A DNA stretch of 63,983 bases, counting the filler, from Thraustochytrium aureum (Eukaryota): the NCBI GenBank assembly GCA_012862495.1. It is 6 parts of 4 records of this genome, joined end to end, with 100 filler letters (N's around TTAATTAATTAA, not from the genome) between each part and the next. Parts side by side here need not be neighbours in the genome. Positions count along the whole stretch, not along the records: positions 32,526 to 38,786 come from BLSG01000097.1; positions 38,887 to 59,416 come from BLSG01000097.1; 4 more parts are not named here. One strand, 5' to 3'. A program made the translations under genes and the position numbers. Under the pieces are notes generated by a model. The model made no database searches. It was not told the origin of the DNA and worked only from the letters and a program-made list of their open reading frames with translations. This document shows, piece after piece, positions 32,526-43,741 of the stretch. The first letter of the stretch is position 1. Every line of letters begins with the position of its first letter.

Positions 32526-33048
32526 GGACAAATCACGCGACGCCCTTCAGCAACTGCGCACCTTCATGGACCGCAACACGGTCGAGCTCGAAGAGCTCAT
32601 GGCCTCGCACACCGAGGCGATCGACCTGCAAAACAAGGCGGTCGAGCGCCTCTCCCAGTCAGTTCTGAGCAGCCCGAGTCAGGGCAAAAAGGCTCTCCTC
32701 AACGAGATCTCAGAGTCGACAAGCGCTCGCGTGCGCCTTCTCGGCAAGCGGCTCGAGCTGAAACGCGCCGAGGCGCACGAGCTACAGCGCTCCCTGGAGA
32801 GCAAGGAAGGGACGCTTCTGAGCCGCATCGCAGACCTCGAGGGCTCGCTGCGGTGCCACGCAATTGATGCCAGCGGCGAAAAGATCATCCCCGCGCACGA
32901 GTTTGGGCCCTCGTCGGTATGGTACTCTGTCCGCGGCAAGGGCGAGGCGAGCACGACTGCTGAAAAGGCGGCCGTGTGCTCGGTCTCGGCGCTTGCCGCG
33001 CTCGGCGTCGCCCGGTCGTTGGTCCTCACCTGGGCGCCCGTGTCGTAG
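32526..33048 (+). CDS. C-terminal fragment of a coiled-coil protein with a hydrophobic tail
   Basis: Heptad-rich L/E/K sequence, open from the contig start, ending AAVCSVSALAALGVARSLVLTW. Confidence 0.5.
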
Positions 33049-33233
33049 TCGCAAGGGCAGAGGAGCAGGGGCGACAAGGCGATGGCAAGGCGCGGCGAGG
33101 ACGGCCAACGGAGCGAGCGAGGAGCGACCTCTAGCTAGAAGTCCTCCCTCTCACATAGCCCAGTTCATTTTCTGTTTCACTCGCAGAGGTACGCTCCAAA
33201 GTTGCAGGGTTGCGCCCCTGCTGGCTCTCGCTG

Positions 33234-34570
33234 TCAATAGAGCGAGCCCACGTCCGAGTCGTCGCTCTGGTCAGAGTCGCTCGCGAGGTCGAATATCTCA
33301 AGCGCGTACTCGGACGCGATGCGCAGGCAGTAGCCGAGCGGCTGCGAGCAGCTCGCGACCAGCATGTAGACGAGGTCGCCCTCCAGGTCGAGCTGCAAGC
33401 CCGTCATGCTGCTCTTGCGGCACACTGGGGTGCACGTCGCGAGCAAAAACTCCTCTGTCCAAAACGCGCGCGGGTCGTCGCACGCCTCATACTCAGTCCC
33501 TGCCACGGCATAGACGTCCAGCCGCGTTCCCTCAATGTAGTTGATGTCGTTCTGGAGCTGAAAGGTAATCAGCGTCCTGATCATGCCCGTGCCTGGCACG
33601 GTGAGCACGTACTGGGGCGAGTCCTCGTACTCTTCGTCGCCGCCGTCAGAGTCGTCCGCGTTGGGTCCCAGCTCGGCGCGCCGAGCAGCCTCCTCCTCCC
33701 GGTCCGGGAACTGGCCGAAGAACAAGCGCCTCTTCCACGCGGGCGGGGTCGCAGGCAGACCGAGATCCCCTCGTCCACGGCGCCAAGGCTAAACCACTCG
33801 AGCCCGCTTTGGTTTTCCAACGAGGGGACCAGGCGCCGCCCGCGCCACAGCGTCGTGCGGCGCCCCTCGCTGTCGGTGCCGACGGCAAAGCCTGTTACGA
33901 GCCACTCGGCCGCCTGGCTCGGCTGCCTGACCACGGCGACCGCTGCGGGCCACAGGCCCCCAGAGTGAAACGCAGCCCCAACGCGGTCCATCGTGCTTGA
34001 AACAACAAAGCACTCGCTCAGGTGGACGAGCAGAGACTCCGTGCTGCGCTCCTCGTTCGCGCCAGCCAAGGAAATGTACGTCCGCTTGCGCGCCGCCGAG
34101 TCGTCCAGCAAGAGCTCTGCGAAAACGCTCCGCAGGTCCTCCTCGTTCGTCCCCACCGAGGCCCCGCCGGTGGCAATCTCGGAGCCGAATTCGGACGTGA
34201 GGCCCGCGAGGCTCGACTGCTCGTCCCTGTCCATCGAGACGCCCACGCTGGACGTCGACACGCCGGCGCGGCTAGCGGTTTCAGGGTCCGCGTCGTCCGA
34301 CGCAGACCCCTCCTCGACGCTCTCCGCCAGTTCGCTTCTTGCTTCAGCCAGCGCAGCTTTCGCCTGCGCTTGCAGCTGCTCGATCCGTTCCTGCTCTCGC
34401 GCGGCGTCGACTTGGACCTTTTGCACGCCTTGCGGGTCCTCGCCGTCCGCTGTCACGATATCTCCGTTCAAAAAGCATGCTCTATTCGGCAACAGGAACG
34501 CATCCCTCGCGCTTCTCCCGGCTGTCAGCGCCCGCCCGATGGCGAGCACCCCGTCGAGTCTTGCCTCCAT
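33234..34570 (-). CDS. Hypothetical protein with a possible calpain domain-III-like C-terminus; frameshift near 33725
   Basis: Two consecutive coding-like ORFs. SPQYVLTV...LITF...YMLVAS...YCLRIASEYALEI resembles the calpain III pattern (NPQF.L.V ... Y.LVPST...FLLRVFS). Confidence 0.45.
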
Positions 34571-34659
34571 GCCGCCCCCTATCCCTCGTTCGCTCCCCAA
34601 GCCGGTTCGCTGCGTACGTTCGCTCACTCCCGCGGCCAGCGCGCCCACGTCGCCCGACA

Positions 34660-35400
34660 GCGACCACGTCAGCAGAGCAAGTCGCTCGTCGTCACAAGCC
34701 GTCCAAAGCCACCAAGAACGAGCTCGTCCACGGCCCGCGCAGACAGCGCAGCCTCACCAGCAAGCCAGCAGGCCAGTCAGCCAGCCAGCCAGCCAGCAAG
34801 CAGGATTCCGCGAGCCCTCGCACGCCGCGGGGCAGCTCAGCAGCAAGTCGCTCGTGGTCAGCAGCCACCAACAGCAAGGTCGTCCACGTCGCAGGAGGAC
34901 AGCGCCACCTCAGGCAGGCCAACACAGCCCCTTCAAGCCTTTGCCCGTCGTGAAGCAGCCACCAGCACGAGGTCGTCCACGGCCCACGTGGACAGCGCAA
35001 CCGCACCAGCCAGCCAGGCACAGCACGTCGCGACGAGTCTCGCAGGTCGGCAACACCACGTCGTTCNNNNNNNNNNNNNNNNNNNNNNNNNNNNNNNNNN
35101 NNNNNNNNNNNNNNNNNNNNNNNNNNNNNNNNNNNNNNNNNNNNNNNNNNNNNNNNNNNNNNNNNNNNNNNNNNNNNNNNNNNNNNNNNNNNNNNNNNNN
35201 NNNNNNNNNNNNNNNNNNNNNNNNNNNNNNNNNNNNNNNNNNNNNNNNNNNNNNNNNNNNNNNNNNNNNNNNNNACCAGGTCCTTGCAGAGCCTCGCAGG
35301 CCAGCAGCAAGTCGCTCGAGCTCGGCAGAGGGCCACCAGCAACGAGCTCGGCGAGGAGTCGCGCAGCCCAGCCGCAAGTCGCTCGTGCTCCTCGTGGAGG
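34660..35400. repeat. Degenerate dispersed/tandem repeat spanning a gap
   Basis: GCAAGTCGCTCG at about 34677, 34843, 35307 and 35375; the TCGTCCACG...GACAGCGC...CAG block at about 34724, 34880 and 34973. Confidence 0.65.
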
Positions 35401-35920
35401 AATGCAGCACTGCGCTGTCGGAAGGCAAGACGGCAGGAAGCCAGGCCGATTGACTGCTGGCGCTTTTTTGCGAAGTCTCCAGGGTACCTCGGCAAACGCT
35501 CACAACGGCGGGCAGTGGCTCGCAGCTCACGTCACTATGGGGGTTCATATGACGAAGATTGCGACGGAGGCGCGTGAGGGCTCTCGACGCATCACACAGG
35601 CGAGCCTCGTGGCGAGATTTACTTTTTTATCGCAAAATTTTAGGTCACGAGTTGTGCCTTCGTTACGCGCGCGCGCGCATGTGGGCAGAATCAGTTCAGG
35701 ATTCAGCAACAGAGGCAGATGGGTGTTTCAACGGATCTATCTGGTGATGTTGTCGAGCACATCTCGCGCATCTATCTGACTTGGTGGGTGCGGCGGCGGC
35801 GGCGGCAGCAGGAGCATCGCGGCAGGGTCGCGCAGACCAATTTGGGCGCAAAGAGCGGTGGCACGAGCGGTTTCTGCAAGAAGCACGCAGCGCGTGGCAG
35901 GCGACAAAACCCCCGCAACC

Positions 35921-36800
35921 ATGCAAGACGTCCAGCTGCCCGGGCAAGTGGCGGACGAAGAGACTGGAGGAATGGATCGACAACCAAGCCGCAAGTCCCT
36001 GGATGCGCAGTCCGCAGAACAGCGCGCTGACGCCATCCCAAGGCTCAGCCTGACGGACGCCGAGGAACTCCAAGGGTCGATGAAGGAAAAGCTGTCCGGG
36101 CGGCGCAACTCAAACTTTCGCAACAGCTTCGGGCTGATTCCAAACCCGCCAGCCGAAGAGTGCCTGCGGCGCAGGTCCTCCAACACATTACTAGTGGAGA
36201 TGCACCCCAACGCTGCGATGAAAGAGGCCGCGAGCGCTGGAGCGTTTGGCACCATGCCTTCTGCAACTGAAAGCGACACGGACGAGAGCGAGAGCAAGTC
36301 CAGCGCAAAGTGCCAAGCCGCCGAGACGAGCATCAAAGTAACCGCCGCAGCGGCACCTTCGGAGATCGCGGGTCACGGACCTGGGCCAGCGCCGGCCCTC
36401 CATCTTGAGCGTTCGCCGGGGCGTTTCAGCAGATTCGCTCGGCTCTGCGCCACCTCGGGGAAATAGCCGCCACAACTTGCTCGAAACCATTTCAAACACG
36501 ATTGCCAGCGGCGTAGACGCCATGGGCAAACACTCTATCAGCCTCAAGACGAAGGCCGCCATGAAGCGCGGCGTGCATGCGCACTCGAGCGAGGCCGACG
36601 CGGGCGCCCCGCCTTCGGCAACAGGCATGCAAGAATGCCAGCCCAAAGTGCTCACTCCACGGCCGCGGCGCAGCAGCGAAGACAACTCATCGAAAAAGTA
36701 CCACTCGATCAAACTGAGCGCCAAAACGCGCGGCGCGATGATGCGCTCCGCCAGCTTCAAGAGCAAGGACCCTCTCGCCAGCTTCCAGCAGGCGAAATAG
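35921..36800 (+). CDS. Hypothetical Ser/Arg-rich disordered protein; frameshift about 36410-36460
   Basis: Two overlapping ORFs with coding-like codon use (RRNSNFRNSF, RRRSSNTLL, MRSASFKSK); no domain recognised. Confidence 0.45.
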
Positions 36801-36990
36801 TCTACGAGTAGAAGTGCATGGATGCATGGATGCAGGGGTGCAGGGGTGCAGGGGTGCAGGCGCGCGCGCGCGCTAGGGGCTGTGGGTTGGCGACCGCGTG
36901 GCGCAAGGCGCTGAGGCAAGGAGAGCTTCCGATGCAGTGGTTTATGAGTCGCAAAATGCCTAATCTGACAACAACAACTTGCTACCTCTT

Positions 36991-37099
36991 CAGCGCATCA
37001 GAATTCAGAAGCCAGGCCCCGCCCCTGCCCGCGCGGCCTCTTGTCTAAGTCCAGCGCATCAGAATTCAGAAGCCAGGCCCAGCCCCTGCCCGCGCGGCC
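36991..37099. repeat. 48-bp direct duplication (36991-37038 and 37052-37099, one mismatch)
   Basis: cagcgcatcagaattcagaagccaggccc[c/a]gcccctgcccgcgcggcc occurs twice. Confidence 0.92.
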
Positions 37100-38000
37100 A
37101 TGACAGCCTCGACAAAGGCTGGCAAATCCGCGACAACCAGATCGGGCGACCGTCCGTGGCGCGTCTCATCTCCTGGGCTGTACTTGCCTGTTTTCACCAA
37201 CACGGAAACCATACCGAGCTCTGTTGCAGCCAAGCAGTCGTCCACTACGTCGTCGCCAACCATGGCCACCTCGTCCCGCGTGAGCCCGTCCAGCCCTGCC
37301 TGAGGCGANNNNNNNNNNNNNNNNNNNNNNNNNNNNNNNNNNNNNNNNNNNNNNNNNNNNNNNNNNNNNNNNNNNNNNNNNNNNNNNNNNNNNNNNNNNN
37401 NNNNNNNNNNNNNNNNNNNNNNNNNNNNNNNNNNNNNNNNNNNNNNNNNNNNNNNNNNNNNNNNNNNNNNNNNNNNNNNNNNNNNNNNNNNNNNNNNNNN
37501 NNNNNNNNNNNNNNNNNNNNNNNNNNNNNNNNNNNNNNNNNNNNNNNNNNNNNNNNNNNNNNNNNNNNNNNNNNNNNNNNNNNNNNNNNNNGAAAGGCCT
37601 CGTTCAGCTTGGCATACTCGGACTGCTCGGGTGCGAGTCCCACCACCACGCCATCGTGGTCGCCACCCCCAGGCTCTCCTGGCCCAAAGTCGGCGCGGGC
37701 AGACTCGCTTAGCAACAGGAGGGGGTTTCGGAGTCCGCGGCTCGCGACCTCGTCAGCGGCGGCCGACAGCGAGGAGAACAGCGTGGCCTCGTTCACCCAC
37801 CGCTCCAGCCCAAGCCCGTTCATCCGCTGCAAGAGATCGCCTCGCCCTTCCTTGGACGTATTCGACACAAACCGCACCGGCATCACCTCTGCCAGCTTCC
37901 TGATCGCCTCGCAGGCGTCCCCGAGCACCGCGTTGCCAACATGGACTGTCCCGTTCAGGTCGACGAGCACCGCCCGCAGTTTGCCAAGCCGACCGTCCAT
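37066..38000 (-). CDS. HDHD2: HAD-IIA hydrolase HDHD2/LHPP-like; centre lies in a gap
   Basis: LRAVLVDLNGTVHV, RFVSNTSKE, FSSLSAA, VVVGLAPE...LNEAF, MVGDDVVDD, LVKTGKYSPGDE. Confidence 0.9.
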
Positions 38001-38129
38001 ATCGCCACGCCCCGCGGCAGGAACAATCACGTGCGCTCGCCCAGTGGCCTGCTGCACGCACTGGTCTATCGCTGCGCCCTCCGGGTCTGCCGCCGCGACC
38101 ACTTTCGTTTTCGTCTCCGCCTTGCACCA

Positions 38130-38480
38130 TGCTGATCACGGGCCACGTCACTTGGGTCTCTTCGTGACGCAAGTGCGACTGCGTTCGCCGCCCAGTCACT
38201 ACAGCCGCCCTTGTGACTTGCGCCGACGCACGTCACTTGGGGTTGTACATGACGACACAGCCGCTGCGTTCCTCGGCCCGCCTCACGTCGTCAGACCCCC
38301 CTTATGACGCGAAACTACAGCGTGCCGCGCTACCGCACGTGTTAAGTCACAGCACCCTCTACGTGACGTACATATGACAGCGCTTCTCGTTCCAACCAGT
38401 CACTATTCCCTACACCGGTCTCTGTTGTGACGTAAAATGCGTAATAAAGGGTACCGAAATGACGAGGCAGGGTGACGTGG
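38130..38480. promoter_or_regulatory. Cluster of TGAC/GTCA (often ACGTGAC or TGACGT) motifs upstream of HDHD2
   Basis: Roughly 15 TGAC/GTCA cores in 350 bp of non-coding DNA; the regulatory role is inferred. Confidence 0.45.
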
Positions 38481-38786
38481 GCCCAGGTCAGGCTTCAACG
38501 GATCGGCGCGGATTTGGGATGGCACAGCAGAACAGACTCTGAACGGGGCAGGGGCTCGCGCGCGCGCAGCTGGCGGCTGCTCGCTTGCGTAGCTATGGAC
38601 GGCGCCGGGCGTGCCCGCCGTGCCACGAAGCGGAACAGCGACGTCGTGGCGGCTGCTGGGACGTCGCGGTTGGCCAATGTGGGGCATGGTGCCAGCAAAA
38701 CGACGAGGACGACGACGGGGGTGGCCGCGAGCAGGAGGAAGAGGCCGCGGCGGTCGAGCGCCAGCAGGGGCGCCGGCGAAGGGCGC

Positions 38787-38886
38787 NNNNNNNNNNNNNN
38801 NNNNNNNNNNNNNNNNNNNNNNNNNNNNNNTTAATTAATTAANNNNNNNNNNNNNNNNNNNNNNNNNNNNNNNNNNNNNNNNNNNN
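38787..38886. other. Artificial contig spacer
   Basis: 44 N + TTAATTAATTAA + 44 N. Confidence 0.97.
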
Positions 38887-39359
38887 CGCCGCTGGCGGTG
38901 GCAGAGGAAAAGCGCAAGATCCTTGTCGCGACGGGCGCCGTTCTTATTGCCTCGTTCGTGCTCTACCGCGTTCTGCGTCGGTCAGACTCGAGCTAGCAAA
39001 GTATCGAGCTGGCTTGGCGGCTTGGCGGAGCTCGCTGCTCCAGCAAGCTGGCACTTGAGTCTCACCAGAGCAGGGCCGTGCAGGTACAAATCACCTCAGC
39101 GGCGCGGCTGCGACGATCCGTCCGCACGCCGGCCGTGCCACCGTTGTGATTTTGGCCAGACTCGCCATATCATTCCAAGCGCACAAGTTGGTTTATTCAG
39201 GCAATTACGTTTTTTTCAGAATGAAAGAGTGGTCCCGGGCAATGCACTCTGCGATCGCGCGGCGCCGGTCCAATAGCCCTCGCCCTGCTCGAGACGACGT
39301 TGCATCGGGGCAGTTTCCCCACGGCAGCGGGCTCGAAGCCGAGCTCGGCGGACTGGTTC

Positions 39360-40350
39360 CTACAGGTCGTTGTAGGTGTCCATGACACGCTGCTGAAGCT
39401 CTCGCGGGTAACAGGGCTCGCACGGCTCATGGGGCTTGCACAGCAGCTTGCGAAACCGGCACGCCATGTGGTCCATGGTGCTGTTTGGGTGCCCGATGTG
39501 CACGTCACTGAGCACCCAGGTCCAGACCACGGTCATGAAGGGCGTCTCGTCAGACTCAAACTCCCAAGCATCAAACAAGTCGTCTTCCTCCTTCATATAC
39601 CGGTCCGAGCTCATGACAATGTGCCGCTGCTCCTCAGAGGGCAGGCCCGCCTGCTTGGCCAGGACGTCCGAGACGATGCTCGGGGTCAGGTGGCAGTACT
39701 GCTCTAGGAGCGACTGCGATGCGAGGCTGGCCAAGTTTGCGTGTGTGCTGCACCAGACGCTGAGCCACCGCTTGTGGACGGTCACGATTCGCTTTTGCGG
39801 GTGGGCGGCACGCAGCGCGGCGATGCGCTGCTCGGCCTCCTCGCGGAACCGCTTGGCCGTGGGCATCAAGTGGCGCCAGTAGCTGAACTTGAATGGGGTG
39901 TCGCCCCGGTACCAGGGCACTCGGAAAAAGTTGGCCAGGTGCCACTCCTCGCACACGTCCTTGGCTGGGTCCCGCAGCCCGCGCTGGAAAAGCGGGTAGA
40001 ACGCAGAGGGGCATCCGGACCCCGAGCCAACGGGAACGAGCGGCACCGGCAGCGAGGCGAGCGCTTCTGCGCTATACACTTTGCAGAGCCACTGCTGCCA
40101 GTCGTCGGGCATGGCGATGTACCTGAACTCGCGCTCCTCGGCCAGGTGAAGAGCATAAAACAGCGCTTCCATGCGGTTCGCATTGCCACCAGACTTGAAC
40201 CCGGGCTGCACCACAAAGCAGTCGGGGTGGAAAGGTACCATGTAGTACTGATACCCGATCAGCTCTGGCCGCAGCCAGAGCACGAGGGCGACAACGTGCA
40301 GCACCACAAGGCCAAGCGCCACCGCCGCCGCCGCGGCCAGTTTCCTCGCG
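39360..40350 (-). CDS. Type II membrane glycosyltransferase, GDP-fucose-dependent fucosyltransferase superfamily (O-FucT/alpha-1,2/1,6-like); start in a gap
   Basis: N-terminal TM; GNANRMEAL..ALHLA; motif I IVTVHKR; motif II IVMSSD; motif III LSDVHIGHPNSTM. Confidence 0.72.
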
Positions 40351-40636
40351 NNNNNNNNNNNNNNNNNNNNNNNNNNNNNNNNNNNNNNNNNNNNNNNNNN
40401 NNNNNNNNNNNNNNNNNNNNNNNNNNNNNNNNNNNNNNNNNNNNNNNNNNNNNNNNNNNNNNNNNNNNNNNNNNNNNNNNNNNNNNNNNNNNNNNNNNNN
40501 NNNNNNNNNNNNNNNNNNNNNNNNNNNNNNNNNNNNNNNNNNNNNNNNNNNNNNNNNNNNNNNNNNNNNNNNNNNNNNNNNNNNNNNNNNNNNNNNNNNN
40601 NNNNNNNNNNNNNNNNNNNNNNNNNNNNNNNNNNNN

Positions 40637-40647
40637 CAGGCAGGCAG

Positions 40648-40686
<39 letters not shown>

Positions 40687-40700
40687 CAGGCAGGAGCAGC
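40637..40700. repeat. (GCAG)n microsatellite upstream of the calnexin ATG
   Basis: caggcaggcagcaggcaggcaggcaggcagg... Confidence 0.9.
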
Positions 40701-40714
40701 AGGAGCGAGCAGAG

Positions 40715-42336
40715 ATGAAGGGCCTCGTTGGCGCTGCGGTCGCGGCCGCGGTGGTGGCCGTGGCACGCGGCAACGTGCTCGAGACGTTTGACGAAGGCGC
40801 CGAGGAGCGGTGGGTGAAGAGCAAGGAGGCGCGGTACGAAGGGAGCGAGTGGGAGTGGACCAGCGATGGGGCTGGCGTGGAAGGCGATCGCGGCGCCAGG
40901 GTCGCGGTGAAGCACAAGTTTTACGGGCTGACGCGCTTGCTGGACGAGCCCGTTGAGCCGTCCGCCGGCGACGGGTTCGTGGTCCAGTACGAGGTGCGGT
41001 TTCCCGAGGGCGTGACGTGCAGCGGGTCGTACCTCAAGCTTCTAGAGCACAACCCAAAGTTCGACCCCGCCGAACTCATGGAGTCCTCGCCCTACTCGAT
41101 CATGTTTGGCCCCGACAACTGCGGCTCGAACAACAAGGTGCACGTGATCTTCAGGCAGCAAAACCCGGTGACCGGTGAGTGGCAGGAAAAGCACGCCGCC
41201 AGCCCCGCGAAGGCGACCGCGGACCGCGTCTCTCACCTGTACACCCTCGAGGTTCGCCCGGACAACACGTTCACCGTCAAGGTGGACGGCGCGAGCGCCG
41301 CGTCCGGCAGCCTGCTGAGCGACACTGATTTTCTCCCCTTCGTTCAACACGCCCGCGGAGATCGACGACCCGAATGACTCCAAGCCCGCCGACTGGGTCG
41401 ACCAGGCCAAGATACCCCGATCCGGAAGCCACCAAGCCCGACGACTGGGACGAGGACGCGCCCAAGCGTATCGAAGACCCCGCGGCGGTCAAGCCGGACG
41501 GCTGGCTGGACGACGAGCCGCTCGAGGTGGCCGACCCCGCCGCCTCGCAGCCGGAGGACTGGGACGAGGAGGACGACGGCGTTTGGGAGGCCCCGCTTGT
41601 GCCCAACCCCAAGTGCAAGTCTGGCCCGGGGTGTGGCGAGTGGAAGCGCCCCATGATCGACAACCCCGCTTACAAGGGCAAGTGGGTGGCGCCGCAGATC
41701 GACAACCCGGCCTACAAGGGCATCTGGAAGCCGCGCCGCATCGCCAACCCGGGGTTCTTCAAGGACGACAACCCGATTTCCACGATCCGCCCCATCGGCG
41801 CAGTTGCCATCGAGATCCTCGCCAACGACAAAGTCCACTTTGACAGCATCATGATCGGCAACGACATCGAGGCGGCCGCCGAGTTTGCCGAGAATGTCTT
41901 CAAGCCAAAGCAGGCTGCCGAAAAGGCCAACAACAAGGACGCCGCCAAGGACGCAGCCAAGAAGGAGCGCACGCGCGCGCTTGAGGAGGGCGGGATCGGC
42001 GGCATGATCCAGTACTACCTTGGCGAGGCCACGGATAACCTCACCGACTTTTACGAGACCAACCCGCAGGGGCTCGCGATCGCGGTCGGCTTCGTGGTCG
42101 TAGCCACTGGCCTTCTCATCTACTTTTCCTCGTCGGGTTCTAGTGGTAGTGATCTGGAGGTAGAGGAGAGCGAGGCGGCGCACAAGAAGGACGACGATGT
42201 CGCTGATGCCGCGCAGGATGATGACGCGGAAGAAGAGGAGGAGGCGGAAGAAGAGGATGAAGACGACGACGAGGAGGAGGAGGAGGCAGAGGATGAAAAG
42301 AAGGGGGCACGCCGCCGGATACCGAAAGCCAACTAA
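40715..42336 (+). CDS. CANX: Calnexin; two extra-C indels near 41335 and 41416
   Basis: Signal peptide; VVQYEVRF...CSGSYLKLL; YSIMFGPDNCG; HLYTL; P-domain repeats KPDDWDED and GEWKRPMIDNPAYKGKW; TM; acidic tail ending RRRIPKAN. Confidence 0.96.
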
Positions 42337-42614
42337 AGTACGGCGCTGCTCCGCGGTGCTCGGGTCGAGGGCTTGGGTAGCTCCGCCCCGAGCGCGCAGC
42401 AACTACTCTTTCAAATGAGATTCTTCGCGTTGTTTCTTTTCATTTCCAAGTTCGGCTTCCACGTCATAAACTCGTTTTTTTAAAACATTGGTGGGAAGCA
42501 CCAAGCTCGACGACCCGAGACTGTCCCTTTCTATTCAAGATCTTGGGTGCTCTGCGCGAGCCGCGAGCTCGCCGGCCTAAGCGGAGAGCGTCACTTCTTT
42601 GAAGCGCTGCACGC

Positions 42615-43646
42615 TCACACGAGCTCGTCCAGCGACCAGCCGAGCCTCTTCTTCGCCGCGCGCGCCTCCTTGCGCTCGCGCTTCTTCTCCTGTTTCCGCT
42701 CGTGTCGGCCTTCAGCCCCCTTGATGCCCTCAATCTTCCCCGCATGCCCGCCCTCGCGCTCGATCATTTCTGGCGTCTCGAGCGTCAGGCGCCCTAGCTT
42801 GCCCTTCCTCAGGTCGTTGAGCAGCATAGCCGACGCCCGCGCCAGGTCCGGGACCCCGCCTCGTTCAAGAAGGCAGCGCTTGGTGGCCACAGCCGCAAGC
42901 ACGCTTTCAGCGACCGGGTCCCAGCTGCCCGGCACAAACTCGACCGCCTCGTCCTCCTCTCTTGCGGCGTCCTCGGCAGAGCGCTCAAAGTTGTACGCTT
43001 CCGCAAGCACTTCAGGGTACAGGTTGAGCAAGAGCCGCGCAGCCGAGGCCGCGATCTGCTCCGAGTCGAACGCGGACTCCTTGATCGCGCCCGTCATTGC
43101 GAGTCGCTCTGCGCACGTCGCAGGCGCGAGCTTGGGCCACAAAAACCCAGGCGTGTCGAGCAGGTTAATCCTCTTCGTCAGCACGATGAGCTGCTGCTGC
43201 CGTGTCACGGCGGGGACGTCGCCGGTCTTGCACACTTGGCGCCCCGCCAGCGTGTTGATGAGCGTCGACTTGCCCACGTTGGGAATGCCGAGGACCAGCA
43301 TGGTCGCCATCCTGTCCGGCGTCACCGAGAGGGTCTCCTCCGCAGCTTGAAGCACGGCCTTGGCGCTCGCGGCCTCCTTGGCGTCCAGCGCTATGGCGCG
43401 CACCCCGCTCTGCGAGTTGAACTCGTTGATCCACTGCTTTGTCCGCGCAGGGTCGGCCAGGTCGCTCTTATTGAGCACCTTGAGGCACGGCGTCTTGCCT
43501 CGCAGTGGGTTGACCAGGGGGTTTTCGCTGCTGAAGGGCGTGCGCGCGTCAACAACCTCGACCACGAGTTGGACCTTGCCCATCACCGCCGCGATCTCCT
43601 TGCGCGCCTTGTGCATGTGCCCCGGAAACCAGTTGATGTTCACCAT
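42615..43646 (-). CDS. rbgA: Circularly permuted ribosome-biogenesis GTPase RbgA/YlqF (MTG1 family)
   Basis: INWFPGHMHKA, EVVDARTPFSSENP, LNKSDLAD (G4), GIPNVGKSTLIN (G1), PAVT (G2), LLDTPG (G3), GKLGRLTLE. Confidence 0.93.
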   Translation of the reverse strand: MVNINWFPGHMHKARKEIAAVMGKVQLVVEVVDARTPFSSENPLVNPLRGKTPCLKVLNKSDLADPARTKQWINEFNSQSGVRAIALDAKEAASAKAVLQAAEETLSVTPDRMATMLVLGIPNVGKSTLINTLAGRQVCKTGDVPAVTRQQQLIVLTKRINLLDTPGFLWPKLAPATCAERLAMTGAIKESAFDSEQIAASAARLLLNLYPEVLAEAYNFERSAEDAAREEDEAVEFVPGSWDPVAESVLAAVATKRCLLERGGVPDLARASAMLLNDLRKGKLGRLTLETPEMIEREGGHAGKIEGIKGAEGRHERKQEKKRERKEARAAKKRLGWSLDELV

Positions 43647-43714
43647 CCTCCCCGCGCGCCACGCGGCCCGCCGTCTCACGCGTCGCAAGCCGTTCGCGCC
43701 AAGGATCGCGCCAA

Positions 43715-43741
43715 GGATCAGACCAGATCAGATCAGATCAG
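43715..43741. repeat. (GATCA)n repeat in the RbgA/STN1 divergent intergenic region
   Basis: gatcagaccagatcagatcagatcag. Confidence 0.75.
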
